Positions 10,711-22,473 are shown, numbered from the stretch's first letter. The stretch: 64,000 bases of DNA from an uncultured Armatimonadetes bacterium (GCA_963717145.1 OY970325.1:2304001-2368000); one strand, 5' to 3'. Numbers and translations: made by a program. Notes: generated by a model not told the origin, from the sequence alone.

Positions 10711-11673
10711 CTACCTGGTCAGGAAATACACCGTTGTCGCCGTGATGCCGAGCACCAGGCATATCCCATAGATCAGCAGGACCGCCTGTTTGTGACTGAA
10801 CCCGCGCTGCATCAGACGGTAGTGGAGATGGCTGTGATCCGCCCTGTGCAGCGGACGTCGCCCGCGCCATCTCTTCCATACGACGAAGATCGCGTCGAAG
10901 ATCGGCACGCCGAAGACCAGAATGGGGAGCGCCATCGCGGCCGCGACGGCCACTTTGAACGCGCCCAGAATCGAAAGCGCCGCCAGTGTGAAACCTATGA
11001 ACTGGCTGCCCGTCGTGCCCATGAAAATCTTGGCCGGGTTGAAATTGAACCGCAGGAAGCCGATGCACGCGCCGCTGAGAGCCGCTGACATGAGCGCAAC
11101 CCCGGGCTGAGCGGAGTTGTATGCGATGAAAGCCAGGCATCCCGCCGCGATGGCGCCTATCCCCGCTGCGAGGCCGTCGAGGCCGTCCATCAGGTCGATG
11201 GTCTTGGTGAGCCCGAAGACCCAGATGATCGTGACCGGCGCGGCGAGCCACGAAAGGCCGATCACCCCTTCGCGGAAGGGATTGGTGACGATCTCGATCT
11301 TGACCCCGAACCCCATGAGCACGATCGCCGCCGCCAGAATCGCCCCGGCCTGGAGAGCCGCGGACATCTCCTTCAGGTCGTCGATCATTCCAATCGTAGC
11401 TACGATGGCGCCGGCGACAAGAATACCGAACATCCGCGTGTCAAGCTTGAGGTCCGGAACCCATTTGCTCCCGAGTTTCGAGACGAGGACTACCGCAACG
11501 ACAAAGCCGACGTAGATGGCCAGCCCACCCCACAGCGGGACCGGACGGCCGTGAATGCGCCGACCGCCGGGCTGAGCGAGGACGTTGAGGTGCGTCGCCA
11601 GTCTGCGTACCCGTGGGGTCAGCAGAAATGACAGTGCAAGCGCCACCAGGAATGCAAGGACTTGAAAGTTCAT
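10711..11673 (-). CDS. Undecaprenyl-phosphate GlcNAc-1-phosphate transferase (WecA/TagO, MraY-like family)
   Basis: [29 protein letters not shown]. Confidence 0.9.
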   Translation of the reverse strand: MNFQVLAFLVALALSFLLTPRVRRLATHLNVLAQPGGRRIHGRPVPLWGGLAIYVGFVVAVVLVSKLGSKWVPDLKLDTRMFGILVAGAIVATIGMIDDLKEMSAALQAGAILAAAIVLMGFGVKIEIVTNPFREGVIGLSWLAAPVTIIWVFGLTKTIDLMDGLDGLAAGIGAIAAGCLAFIAYNSAQPGVALMSAALSGACIGFLRFNFNPAKIFMGTTGSQFIGFTLAALSILGAFKVAVAAAMALPILVFGVPIFDAIFVVWKRWRGRRPLHRADHSHLHYRLMQRGFSHKQAVLLIYGICLVLGITATTVYFLTR

Positions 11674-12176
11674 CTACTCGATACTTCGACCGGTTCCGAC
11701 GCGGATTCGGTGTCCTCCTCGGGAACTCGCATCAGTTCGATACCGGCTTCGCGCAGAAGCTCCATCGAAAAATCGTCGGGATAGTCACCGGTATAGACGA
11801 CTCTCGTGATGCCGGCGTTGATGATCATCCGAGCGCAGACGCTGCAGGGCTGGCGCGTGCTGTAGATCGTCGCTCCTTTGGTTGAGACGCCGTGTTGTGC
11901 GGCCTGGATGACTGCGTTCATCTCGGAATGCAGCGCTCGGCACATCTCATGGCGGGTACCGGATGGGATACCGAGTTCGTCCCTGAGACAGCTCGTCTCG
12001 AGGCAGTGCGCCAAGCCGGACGGGGCGCCGTTGTACCCGGTCGTCAAAATGCGGCGGTCGCGCACGATGACGGCGCCGATCTGACGCCGCACACACGTCG
12101 ACCGCTTCGCGACCACGTGAGCGATCTCGAGGAAATACTCGTCCCAGTCGGGACGCCGGCGTATGTTGTTAGTCAT
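11670..12176 (-). CDS. dCMP deaminase (ComEB-like)
   Basis: [25 protein letters not shown] and PCSVC zinc motifs. Confidence 0.92.
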   Translation of the reverse strand: MTNNIRRRPDWDEYFLEIAHVVAKRSTCVRRQIGAVIVRDRRILTTGYNGAPSGLAHCLETSCLRDELGIPSGTRHEMCRALHSEMNAVIQAAQHGVSTKGATIYSTRQPCSVCARMIINAGITRVVYTGDYPDDFSMELLREAGIELMRVPEEDTESASEPVEVSSR

Positions 12177-12193
12177 ATGTGTTCTCGCTATCC

Positions 12194-12288
12194 GTAGGGG
12201 AGGCCTTCAACGGCCTCCCGGCGGGCGGGCATAGAAGCACCGCCCCTACAGCGTCGTTGCGGGCGACCGTGGAAAGGATCGCCCCTAC
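12194..12288. repeat. GTAG-type REP cluster, family A
   Basis: GTAGGGGAGGCCTTCAACGGCCTCCC plus inverted units ending CCCCTAC. Confidence 0.88.
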
Positions 12289-13559
12289 CCATAAAGTGGA
12301 AACTCGACGCAGAGGTCGTTGACCGTAGCCTTGACCTCTTCGCGCACCCTCAGATCGTCTATGTTGGTTAGCACGCGATGGATCAGGTCGCCGATCACCC
12401 GCATCTCGGGCTCGCACATCCCGCGAGTCGTGAGCGCGGGCGTCCCGATCCTGATTCCGCTGCCGATGTAAGGCTTCTCGGGATCGAACGGGATCGTGTT
12501 CCGGTTGGTCGTGATCCCCGCTTCGTCGAGCGCCGTCTGTGCCTGGCGACCATTGATCCCGAGCGGGACGAGGTTCACCAGCATCAGATGGTTGTCCGTT
12601 CCGCCCGCGACAAGCTTGATCCCCTTCTCCATCAGTCGATCGGCCAATGCAGCCGCGTTCAGCCGGATTTGCCGCTGATACGACTTGAACTCAGGGGTCA
12701 TCGCTTCCCTGAGGCAAACCGCTTTCGCCGCGACTATATGGCAGAGCGGGCCGCCCTGCATGCCCGGGAACACAGCTTTGTCGAGCATATCGGCATACGG
12801 CGACATGCAGAGGACCATGCCTCCCCTCGGGCCGCGGAGCGTCTTGTGCGTGGTCGTCGAAACAAACTGCGCATAAGGCACCGGCGAGGGATGCTCTCCC
12901 GCCGCAACGAGGCCCGCGATGTGCGCCATATCCACCACCAGATACGCACCGACCTCGTCGGCTATCTCACGCATTCCTGGGAAATCTATGATCCGCGGAT
13001 ACACAGTTGCGCCGCCGACGATCAGCTTCGGCTTGTGCTCGCGGGCCAGCCGGGCCATCTCGTCGTAGTCGATCAACTCTGTTTCGCGATTGACACCGTA
13101 TGGGATGACGTTATACAGCTTGCCCGAGAAGTTCACCGACCGCCCGTGGGTCAGGTGGCCGCCATGATTGAGATTCATCGCCATGAACGTGTCGCCGCAT
13201 TCCATCGCAGCGAAGTACACGGCCATGTTCGCCTGCGAGCCGGAATGGGGCTGGACGTTGGCATGGTCCGCGCCGAAGAGCTTCTTCGCGCGATCGATGG
13301 CGAGGTTCTCGGCGATGTCCACGTATTCGCAGCCGCCGTAATATCGCTTGCCCGGGTAGCCCTCAGCATACTTGTTCGTCATGATGCTGCCCTGGGCCTC
13401 GAGCACGGCACGGCTCACGAAGTTCTCCGAGGCAATCATCTCGAGCTTGCCGTTCTCACGCGCCTTCTCGAGTTCGATCGCCTGGGCGATCTCAGGGTCC
13501 ACCTCGGCCAGGCTTGCCGTAAACGAAGGATTCCTAACCTTCAACTCCAACGTCGCCAA
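12285..13559 (-). CDS. glyA: Serine hydroxymethyltransferase
   Basis: [37 protein letters not shown] start after GGAGG, exact start uncertain. Confidence 0.97.
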   Translation of the reverse strand: MATLELKVRNPSFTASLAEVDPEIAQAIELEKARENGKLEMIASENFVSRAVLEAQGSIMTNKYAEGYPGKRYYGGCEYVDIAENLAIDRAKKLFGADHANVQPHSGSQANMAVYFAAMECGDTFMAMNLNHGGHLTHGRSVNFSGKLYNVIPYGVNRETELIDYDEMARLAREHKPKLIVGGATVYPRIIDFPGMREIADEVGAYLVVDMAHIAGLVAAGEHPSPVPYAQFVSTTTHKTLRGPRGGMVLCMSPYADMLDKAVFPGMQGGPLCHIVAAKAVCLREAMTPEFKSYQRQIRLNAAALADRLMEKGIKLVAGGTDNHLMLVNLVPLGINGRQAQTALDEAGITTNRNTIPFDPEKPYIGSGIRIGTPALTTRGMCEPEMRVIGDLIHRVLTNIDDLRVREEVKATVNDLCVEFPLYG

Positions 13560-13582
13560 TATCAGCGTCCTCCCTGAAAAAC

Positions 13583-13713
13583 GGCGGTTCGGGCGGATTT
13601 GTAATCCAGCCCGCATTGGCAATCTGGGGATCTGTGATCCCGCAACGCCCCGGATGGCATCAGAGATGCCGGTTTGCCACGGGGTGCTGGATCACAAATC
13701 CGCACCAACCGCC
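13583..13713. repeat. Imperfect inverted repeat element (GCGGATTTGTAATCC family)
   Basis: GGCGGTTCGGGCGGATTTGTAATCCAGC...GCTGGATCACAAATCCGCACCAACCGCC. Confidence 0.65.
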
Positions 13714-13739
13714 ATGGGCCGGCAGCCAATGCTTCGCCC

Positions 13740-14190
13740 CTACGGGGTATACTTCTTCTCAATGTCGTGCATCTTGCGGATGCGCCTGGCATGGCGCTCC
13801 TCGTTCGGGAACTCGGTGGAGAGCCACGCATCGACGATATCGAGCGCGGGCCGCGCCGATCGTCCGCTCGCCCAGCACGAGGATGTTCGCATCGTTGTGC
13901 AGCCGGGACATCCGCGCGCAGTATGTGTCGCCACACAGGGCGGCACGGATCCCGGGGACTTTGTTCGCCGTGATGCTCATACCGATGCCGGAGCCGCAGA
14001 CCAGTATACCGCGGTCGAACTCACCGTTCGCCACGGCTTCAGCCACCTTGGCACCGATGTCCGGGTAGTCGACGGGTTCCGCTTCCTTCGTGCCGAAATC
14101 CACGACATCCGCCTGCTTATCGGCTAGGTGACGGACTATCTCATCCTTCAGCCGGAATCCGGCGTGATCCGATCCGATTGCGATTCTCAT
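13740..14190 (-). CDS. rpiB: Ribose-5-phosphate isomerase B, apparent frameshift near 13855
   Basis: GSDHAG, DYPD, CGSGIG, HNDAN; C-terminal RHARRI in another frame. Confidence 0.93.
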
Positions 14191-14243
14191 ACACGGGATT
14201 ATACTACGCGCCGAATGAGGTTGTAAAGCGAGGAAGCTGCCCG

Positions 14244-14420
14244 CGGTGCATTTCCGCAGAGTGGGTGCAGCCTCTCGTTATGCCACCAGAGTGGCTATTC
14301 GAGGAGAACGGTTGGGTGGCTTGCCAAGCTTCCCAAGCACCAAACCCATCTAGTCTCGAGTAGGTTTCTCTGGAAACCATAACGAGAGACGGTCGCCACC
14401 CACTCAACTCGAATGCACCC
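14244..14420. mobile_element. MITE-like element, copy 1, with 9-bp target duplication AGCTGCCCG
   Basis: Ends GGTGCATT...AATGCACC; AGCTGCCCG at 14235-14243 and 14421-14429; homologous inverted copy at 39733-39961. Confidence 0.85.
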
Positions 14421-14452
14421 AGCTGCCCGTAAGAGTTCACGATTAGGGTTAG

Positions 14453-14528
14453 CGGCTGTCATTCTGAGCGTAGTGAAGAATCTGGCCGTGCGCAGACAGA
14501 TTCTTCACTACGCTCAGAATGACAGCCG
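14453..14528. repeat. REP-like palindrome (TGTCATTCTGAGCG...AAGAATCT family)
   Basis: Long perfect arms; second copy at 48210-48294. Confidence 0.88.
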
Positions 14529-14677
14529 GTGGGTTGCACTATCAACGATCGTGAACTCTTTCAGCTGCCGGCACGCCATTCTCAGCCGGCAGGAGTTGTC
14601 GTCCGTCGTGCACAATGTATACGTGTCGGCTGTGGTCGGCATCCTTGAGGCAACCTGATTTGGGAGGGAGACACCCT

Positions 14678-15856
14678 ATGCTATTCCGAAGTGCTCTGAT
14701 TCTGGCAGTGATAAGCGCCGTCGGGACGTTGACCGCTCAGGCGGCGGAAGAGAGGAGACCTGCAAACGTGAAGAAGGTGACAGACCTGATCATCTACCAA
14801 GACGACATGTACTACTCGGCTTTTCCATCGCTCGTGGCGCGCAAGGACGGCGAGATCCTGTGCGCGTTTCGCCGCGCGCCGAACCGCCAACTACTCTGGG
14901 GTGCGCCCGGCTACACCCACACCGATGCCAACAGCTATCTGGTGCTCGTGCGTTCGAAGGACGGCGGCAAGACGTGGACGCAGGAGCCGGAGCTGATCTT
15001 CGCTCACCCGCTCGGCGGCTCGCAGGATCCGTGCATGGTGCAGCTCAAGGACGGCTCCATCGTGTGCACGAGCTACGGATGGGCGCTGATCCCCCCTGAG
15101 AAAGCTTTGCCGGATACTCTCTCGCACGTCGGACAGTACGCTTTCCTGGGCGGCTACATCCTGCGCTCCGACGACGGCGCAAAGACCTGGAAGGGCCCGT
15201 TCATCCCACCGCACGTGGAGGTCGATGGCACCGTGGACGCCCTCGGGAAGCCGGTCGCGGCATACAATCGTGGGGCGATGATGCAGGGCAGGGACGGAAA
15301 GCTCTACTGGGCCGTCTGCTGCAACAAAGGCCCTGTGATACGCAACTCGACGGTGCAGCTTCTGACATCATCGGACAAGGGCGAGACCTGGCAGTATGCG
15401 TCCCCCATCGCCGAGGACGAGAAGGCGTCCTTCAACGAAACCTCGCTGATCGAGACGAAGAAGGGCGACATCGTGGCGTTCATGCGGACGGCGAACTTCG
15501 ACGACCACCTGGCCGTTTCGCGATCGACCGACGGCGGGAAGAGCTTCAAGTGGGAGGACGGCAAGATCGTCGGCCACCCGTATTACGCCATGAAGCTCAA
15601 AGATGGCCGCGTCTTCCTGGTCTACGGATATCGCCATCAGCCATTCGGAATCCGCGCCAGGCTGCTGAACGCCGATTGCACCGACATCGCCGACGCGCCC
15701 GAGATCGTCATCCGCGACGACGGTGGGAGTGGGGACCTCGGCTATCCCTGGGCTGCGCTCCTCCCGGACGGCAACATCCTTGTGGCGTACTACTTCAACC
15801 AGAAGGACGGACCGAGGTACATCGCGGGGAGCATTCTGGAAATGGTTGATGGTTGA
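14678..15856 (+). CDS. Secreted sialidase-like (BNR/Asp-box) beta-propeller glycoside hydrolase
   Basis: Signal peptide; four Asp boxes S-x-D-x-G-x-T/S-W/F; DLGYP motif. Confidence 0.8.
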   Translation: MLFRSALILAVISAVGTLTAQAAEERRPANVKKVTDLIIYQDDMYYSAFPSLVARKDGEILCAFRRAPNRQLLWGAPGYTHTDANSYLVLVRSKDGGKTWTQEPELIFAHPLGGSQDPCMVQLKDGSIVCTSYGWALIPPEKALPDTLSHVGQYAFLGGYILRSDDGAKTWKGPFIPPHVEVDGTVDALGKPVAAYNRGAMMQGRDGKLYWAVCCNKGPVIRNSTVQLLTSSDKGETWQYASPIAEDEKASFNETSLIETKKGDIVAFMRTANFDDHLAVSRSTDGGKSFKWEDGKIVGHPYYAMKLKDGRVFLVYGYRHQPFGIRARLLNADCTDIADAPEIVIRDDGGSGDLGYPWAALLPDGNILVAYYFNQKDGPRYIAGSILEMVDG

Positions 15857-15917
15857 TGGGGAATGGCTGATGGGATCCCGCTCCGACATTAACCATTAAC
15901 CATCAGCCATTCCCCAT
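15841..15917. repeat. Palindrome of 7-bp units (ATGGTTG/CAACCAT type) between convergent genes
   Basis: ATGGTTGATGGTTGATGG...CCATTAACCATCAGCCAT. Confidence 0.75.
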
Positions 15918-17736
15918 CATTCCCCGGGATCCGGCATCTTCGCGGAGAGGGCCTCGACGAATGCGGGATGCGGGGTGTCGCCATTCTGCTCGGCGAGGCG
16001 AATCTCTGCCCAGGCAGCGGCATACGATCCCTTGTAGAACAGCGCAACCGCCAGGTTGTTGTGGAGGTTCGGGAACTCGGGCTGGATGATGAGCGCCTCG
16101 TGGAACACTAAGACCGCATCATCCAGCCGGCCCATATCGATCAACGCGATGCCCATGTTGTTCCGCGCATCCATGTAGTCGTGTTTGTACTCGATCGCCT
16201 TCCCATATTGCTCGACGGCCTCGCCGGTCCTCTTGAGCTTCCCGAGCGCGACGCCGTAATCGTAGTACGCATCCGCCCAGGTCGGGCTCAGCTCTATGGC
16301 CTTCCGATAGTGAGGCAGCGCCTCCTCGAACCTGCCCTGATCCACCAGCGCAATCCCGGTGTTGAGCTGCCCTTCCGGGTAGTCCGGGTTCAGCCGCAAA
16401 GCCTTCTGGTAGTACGGCATCGCCTCGTCGGTCCTGCCCCCACGGTCGAGGAGATTCGCGAGGTTGTTATACGCCAGCCAGGACGAAGGGTTCTTGGCGA
16501 TCACGTCTCGCCACAACTGCTCGGGCCCTGGTACGCATGCGCCTGAGTCCAGGTCAGCGTGCCGAGGGTGACGAGGATCAGGCCGGGCAGGATGTATCGA
16601 ACCACCTGCTGCGCCTTCATCCGCTCCCCGAACTTCATCAGTCCGGCGGCAAGAAGAGCAATCGGGCCGATACTCGCCATGTACTGGTAGTGATCCGCCA
16701 CGAAAGAGTAGCGGAACGTGTAGAGCGAGAAGAACCCGAGCATCGGCACGAGCGAAGCGACGAAGAATGCTCCCGCCGCGATCGGTCCTCGGCCGACCGT
16801 CCGACGGAACCACCACAAGACGCCTGCGACTATGGCACAACCGGCGAGCCAGAGGTACTGGAGCGGTTGCAAGGGATCGATAATCCATCCAGGGTAGCTG
16901 AACGTCAGTCTCGCGGGCCAGACCAGCTTGCCGAGGTAGAACCAGAGCGCCCTGCCGGCGACCAGTAATCGCTCGGCGATTGTGAGATCGAACTCCGCGC
17001 CCATCGTACCCTGACGGTTCCGCTCCCACCAGATCGAGGTCAGTCCCATGCCGATCCCGAAGGCGACGAACGGTACCATCAGCGCGAACTCACGCATCCC
17101 GATCCGCTCGCGTCTGATCCATGACACGAGCAGCAGGGCGGCGGGGATCGTGCAGGCGGTCGTCTTGGCGAAGAGTGCCAGGGCGGAAAGCACGAGGGAC
17201 AGGCCGTAGTACTTCCACTCGGCCTTGTCGCGGAAGCGCATCCACGAGAGGACGGTCAGCAGGTAGAAAAGCGTCGAGAGGACGTTCTTCCGCTCGGTGA
17301 TCCATGCGACCGACTCGAGATGGACCGGATGCAGCGCGAAGATCGCCGCCGCGAGCCACGCGCCCTTGATCGACAGCCGCCTGAGCACCAGGTAGACGAG
17401 GAATGCGTTCGCCAGGTGCAGGAGGATGTTCACGACATGGTAGCCGGTCGTCTCGAGTCCCCACATGGCATACTCCATGCGGAACGTCGTATAGACCAGC
17501 GGGAAGTACTGCGACGGGGAATCGAGCGAGAACCAGATGCGGTGGAGGCCGTCCGGCGCGGTGAGAAGCTCGTTCTTCGAGACATAGTCGTCGTCATCCC
17601 AGACGAACGCGCCATGGATCGCCGGCCAGTACGCGAGGAACACCGCGATGACGAGCATGGCCGCGAGGATGTACACATTCCGCGCGGACTTCATCTTAGA
17701 GATGATGGGGTTCTTCTTCCGTGATGCTCTGCCCAT
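15917..17736 (-). CDS. TMTC-like membrane glycosyltransferase with C-terminal TPR repeats, apparent frameshift near 16520
   Basis: FVWDD, FALHPVHLESVAWITERK, ADHYQY in the membrane ORF; TPR repeats in the overlapping frame. Confidence 0.82.
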
Positions 17737-17786
17737 TTCGGGCGTTCACCTCCAGATGAGTACAGGTCTCACCGTCACAGTCCAAG

Positions 17787-18773
17787 CTACCGACGCAGCC
17801 GATACTGATGTCCTTTGAGGACCAGTCGCTGTTCAGCTTTCGCCGCGTCCCAGACTCGGACGGTACCATCTTCGCTCCCGCTGGCCAGCAGTCTCCCATC
17901 CGGGCTAAACGCGAGGCAGCGGACAGCCTCCCCGTGACCGACCAGTGTGGAGAACTCCTTCCATTCGCCCACACGCCAGACTCGAATACTGCCCTCATGC
18001 GATCCTGCGGCCAAGAGTCTGCTGTCCGGGCTGAACGCAACCGGCACCCAGCTCGTGACATCCGAAGCCCCAAGTGTGCGCACCTTCGCCAAGGTCTGCA
18101 GATCCCAGATGCTGACTGTATCGCTCCAGCCACCAGTGGCTACCAACCGGCCGTCCCCGCTAATGGCTAGATTTCTCAGATCAATCTGTTCCGCTGCTGC
18201 ATTGCGGACATTCTTGCCGCTCTTGAGATCCCAGACTTCGAGGTTGCCATCCCAATCACCCGTGACCAGCAAGTTGTCGGCAGAACTCAGGCCGCCGCAG
18301 AGCGGGTCGGCGTCTATGCTGCGAACCACCTTACTGGACGAGGCATCCCAAACCTTGATACCTGAAAGCCCCAGCGTCACAAGATCATCGCTACTTGCGC
18401 CGAACAGAACCTCTTGCGCCGCGAGATCATCGCGCATAGTGCGGATGATCCGCCATGTTCCAGTATCCCACAATCGTATGCTACGATCGCCGTGCGTGCT
18501 GGCAAGCCGTTTGCCGTCCGCGCTGAAACAGACAGAGCCTACTGGCGCGTCGCCGAACTTAAGCTTTCTGGTCTGTTGACCTGTGCCTAGATTCCAGATA
18601 CGTACGGTGCCGTCCCACCCGGCGCTCGCGAGAACTCTGCCATCCGGCGAAAAAACCACTGAGTTCACATCGCGCATTGGTTGGGGCACCGGCGACAAGG
18701 CAAGTGCACAACGAATGGATGCCAACGTGCAGACCACTACAGCCACTAAGCCTATGCATTTCAATGGTATCAC
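17787..18773 (-). CDS. WD40-repeat protein with probable signal peptide
   Basis: Repeated V-x-FSPDG-x2-LAS-x3-D-x-T-V-R-x-WD units. Confidence 0.88.
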   Translation of the reverse strand: MIPLKCIGLVAVVVCTLASIRCALALSPVPQPMRDVNSVVFSPDGRVLASAGWDGTVRIWNLGTGQQTRKLKFGDAPVGSVCFSADGKRLASTHGDRSIRLWDTGTWRIIRTMRDDLAAQEVLFGASSDDLVTLGLSGIKVWDASSSKVVRSIDADPLCGGLSSADNLLVTGDWDGNLEVWDLKSGKNVRNAAAEQIDLRNLAISGDGRLVATGGWSDTVSIWDLQTLAKVRTLGASDVTSWVPVAFSPDSRLLAAGSHEGSIRVWRVGEWKEFSTLVGHGEAVRCLAFSPDGRLLASGSEDGTVRVWDAAKAEQRLVLKGHQYRLRR

Positions 18774-18837
18774 CTCGTCTTACTCTGACCCACGCAAGGG
18801 CGCAGACCTTCACAACCGTCAGACATGCAACAACTGC

Positions 18838-21483
18838 CTAGACCACTATGTTGACCAGCTTCCCCGGGATGACGATCACCTTCCGGATCGGCTTGCCCTC
18901 CAGGAACGACTGCACACGCTCGCTCTCCATCGCGATCCGTTCCAACTCCTTGGCATCGGTGCCCGCCGGGACTTGGAGGCGATCGCGGACCTTTCCGTTG
19001 ATCTGCAGTATCAGGGTGATCTCCTCCACCTGTGCGATCTCGGGCTCGAAGGACGGCCAGGTCTGCTCGTAGGTCGTGCCGGACTTTCCGAGCCGCTCCC
19101 ACAACTCATCGGCCAGGTGGGGAGTGATCGGGCCGAGCAGCAGGATGAGGCTCTCGATGGCCTCGGACAAGACAGAATGGTTGATGGCGGATGGTTGATG
19201 GTTGATGGCGGACTGGAGGTCGTGCATCGCGTTCAGCATCTCCATCAGGGCGCTGACGGCGGTGTTGAAGTGGAAGCGCTCGATGTCGGCGGTGACCTTC
19301 TCGATGGTCTGGTGAGTCTTCCGGCGCATGTCTCGTTCGGCGGCAGTGAGTTCAGCGCCCTTCAGAGCATCTCGCCAATCGGGATCGAACACGCCGACGT
19401 TGTCGGTCACGAGCCGCCAGACGCGGTTCAGGAATCTGAACGCGCCGTTCATCCCGTCCTCGCTCCACTGAACGGCATCCTCGAACGGAGCGACGAACAA
19501 CTCATAGACACGGAGCGAGTCGGCGCCGATACTTCTCGGCCATCGCGTCGGGCGTGACGACGTTGCGCTTCGACTTGCTCATCTTGACGAACTTCCAGAT
19601 GATCTTGGAAGGGTCGAGCGCCTCGGCCTCCTCGGGCGTCAGCGGGATCAGGTCGCGGTCTTCCTCGTCGATCTCCTCGATCTCTGCGCAGTCACCGGCC
19701 TCCATCGTGCGGTGAGGCGTGTCGGGCGAGCACCATCCCCTGGTTCATGAGCTTCGCGGAACGGCTCGACGAACGGCACATATCCCGCATCGTGGAGCAC
19801 CTTCGTCCAGAATCGCGCATAGAGCAGGTGCATGACCGCGTGCTCCGCGCCGCCGACATAGAGATCGACCGGCAGCCAGTACGCCGCCAGGTCCTTGTCG
19901 AACGCGGCCGTATCCAGGTGCGGGCTGACGTAGCGCAGGAAGTACCAGCTCGAGCACGCGAACCCGCCCATCGTGTCGGTCTCACGCTTCGCCGGACCGC
20001 CGCAGGTCGGGCATGTGACATTCACGAACTCCGGGATGTTGGCGAGCGGCGATTCCCCGCTGCCACTCGGCTCGTAGTTGCTCCACATCGGGCAGCACGA
20101 CCGGCAAGCTGGTCCTCGGGGACCGGCACTTCGCCGCACACGGGGCAGTGGATGATCGGGATCGGCGCGCCCCAGTAGCGCTGGCGGGAGATCAGCCAGT
20201 CGCGCAGTTTGTAGTTGACCGCCGCATTGCCCATGCCTTGCTCCTCGAGCCACTCGGTGACCTTCTTCTTGGCGACTGACCCCGGCGTGCCGGTGAACTC
20301 GCCCGAGTTGATCATGTCGCCGTATTCCGGATGGAACGTGAGCCCGCCCCAGTCCTCCGTCTCATCAGGGACGAAATCAGCGGGAGCGTTGGGATGCTTG
20401 ATCACGGGCACAATCGTGATGCCGAACTTACGCGCGAACGCGAAGTCGCGCTCGTCGTGACCCGGGAACGGCCATGATCGCGCCCGTGCCGTAGCCCATC
20501 ATCACGTAATCGGCGATCCAGATCGGGATCTTGCGCCGTTCACCGGGTTGACGGCATATGCGCCGATGAAGACGCCGGTCTTCTCCTTCTCGGTGGACTG
20601 CCGCTCGATCGCGCTCTCACGCTGGCGAGTCTGTGCAATACGCCTCGACCTCCGCCTTCTTGTCGGTGGACATCAGCTTCTCGACGAGCGGATGCTCCGG
20701 CGCGAGGACCATGAAGGTCGCGCCCCAGAGAGTGTCGGGCCGCGTCGTGTAGACGACGATGTCGTCGCCCTGCTCCGTGCGGAAGGTGACCTCCGCGCCT
20801 TCGCTGCGGCCGATCCAGTTCTTCTGCATCAGCTTGATCGACTCGGGCCAGTCGATGGTGTCGAGGTCGTCGATCAGGCGGTCGGCATAGGCGGTGATCT
20901 TGAAGAACCACTGCGGCAGGTCCTTCTTCTCGATGAACGTGTCGCACCGCCAGCACCGGCCGTCCTTGACCTCCTCGTTCGCCAGCACCGTCGCGCACTG
21001 AGGGCACCAGTTCGCCGGCGCGAGCGATCGGTACGCCAGGCCGCGCTTATAGAGGAGCAGGAATATCCACTGCGTCCACTTGTAGTAGTCGGGCGATGAG
21101 GAGTTGACCTCGCGCGACCAGTCGTAGCCGATGCCGATCAGGTCCATCTGGCGCTTGTAGGTCGCGATGTACTCGGGGACGGTCTTCTTCGGATGGCTCT
21201 TCCGCTTGATCGCTTCGTTCTCGGCGGGCAGGCCGAACGCGTCCCAGCCCATCGGGTGGAGGACGTTGAAGCCGTTCATCCTCCTGAACCGGCAGGCGAC
21301 GTCGGTGGGGATGTAGTTGCGGCAGTGCCCGACGCACAGTCCCGCGCCGCTGGGGTATGGGAAGAAGTCGAGGCCGTAGAACTTCGGCTTGTCGGCACGG
21401 TCCTCGGTCCGGAAGAGATCGGCCTCTTTCCACCGCTTCTGCCATTTCTTCTCGATCGCCTGAAAGTCGTATTTGTCAGCCAT
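18838..21483 (-). CDS. leuS: Leucine--tRNA ligase, split by several apparent frameshifts between about 19520 and 20630
   Basis: [48 protein letters not shown] and QINGKVR in consecutive frames. Confidence 0.95.
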
Positions 21484-21498
21484 GTATCGCACCCTTTG

Positions 21499-21625
21499 TT
21501 CACCACGGAGAGCACGGAGGGCACGGCGGGCAGAGAATGGGAGAATGGGTGAAAGGACGAGTCCGGAATCCCCGGTTCTCCCACTCTCCCATTCCCCCAT
21601 TCTCCGCTTCCGTGCTCCGTGGTTC
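21499..21625. repeat. Composite palindrome (ACCACGGAG outer arms, 8-bp GGGAGAAT inner units)
   Basis: Read directly; half copy CTCCGTGTCCTCCGTGCCTCCGTGGTT at about 1160-1186. Confidence 0.7.
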
Positions 21626-22445
21626 ACTTCCCTCTCGACATCAAGACTACTGATAATATCAGAAACGCGACGAGAACGACTCCAACTATGATTGTGGAGA
21701 GAATCTCCCCGCCCTTGAGCTTTATGTGCTTCGTGTTCGCGCCGATCACCGCTATCGCGATCGGGACGAGGGCCGGGACCGCGCCGAGGGCCTCCACCCT
21801 GATCACCAGAAACATCGTCACGGTGAGCAGGACGTATCCGAGCCAGAACGCCCCGGCGACGTTCATCCGGAATCGGTACATCACCCCGAAGAATAGCGCG
21901 AGGAACACGAAGTCCCCCACCCCGATCATGCTCACGGGCATCGGCTGACCCATGGCCGGCACCTGCACCGCCGCCGCCGCGACCACCTCGGGTTTCCTGG
22001 CCAGCAGTATGGCGAGCGGTCCGAAGTTCACGCTCCAGAAATCGACAATCGCCGCGAAGATCGCCACCGGGAGCAGGATGTTCGGCTCGCGCACGATGAC
22101 ACTCAGCGTGTATCCCAGGCTCACAGCGAAGAACATCAACGCGATGTCCCGCATCGACGCGACGAGAACTGCGAGGATGAGCGGCATCCTGACTGCGCCG
22201 AGTACCATGAACCCGACGACCGCCGCCGCGAACACGGGTATCAGCCATCCGGTGACTCGGGGCCTGATCTGCAAGCCCGACGCGCCGCGTATGATCGCGA
22301 GTTGCAGCAGCATGAACACCGCGACCGACAGCAGGATCAGTAGCGCGGGATGCGCCGTCCGGATTGCCACGGTTTGAGCGGCGACGCGGAGAATCACGTA
22401 TGCCGCAACGACAGCAATCACTCCACGGGCGCTCTCCAACCGCAT
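21624..22445 (-). CDS. Presenilin/signal-peptide-peptidase-like intramembrane aspartic protease
   Basis: Multi-TM; intramembrane Asp (IVDFWSV), GxGD (IGVGDF) and PAL motif in canonical order. Confidence 0.6.
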   Translation of the reverse strand: MRLESARGVIAVVAAYVILRVAAQTVAIRTAHPALLILLSVAVFMLLQLAIIRGASGLQIRPRVTGWLIPVFAAAVVGFMVLGAVRMPLILAVLVASMRDIALMFFAVSLGYTLSVIVREPNILLPVAIFAAIVDFWSVNFGPLAILLARKPEVVAAAAVQVPAMGQPMPVSMIGVGDFVFLALFFGVMYRFRMNVAGAFWLGYVLLTVTMFLVIRVEALGAVPALVPIAIAVIGANTKHIKLKGGEILSTIIVGVVLVAFLILSVVLMSRGK

Positions 22446-22473
22446 GATCCGCTCCTTCCGGGCCGCCGATACT

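Noticed and set aside
9474-14190. rpiB-glyA-deaminase-wecA-wecB cluster as a novel pathway
   Set aside because: A similar gene order is a familiar housekeeping arrangement in Firmicutes-like genomes.
18838-21483. leuS, PBP1A, rpiB, TMTC-like, HEAT, katA, URO-D and last gene as pseudogenes or programmed frameshifts
   Set aside because: Single-base indels are scattered through many genes, including essential leuS, without decay or slippery sites; most consistent with uncorrected long-read errors.
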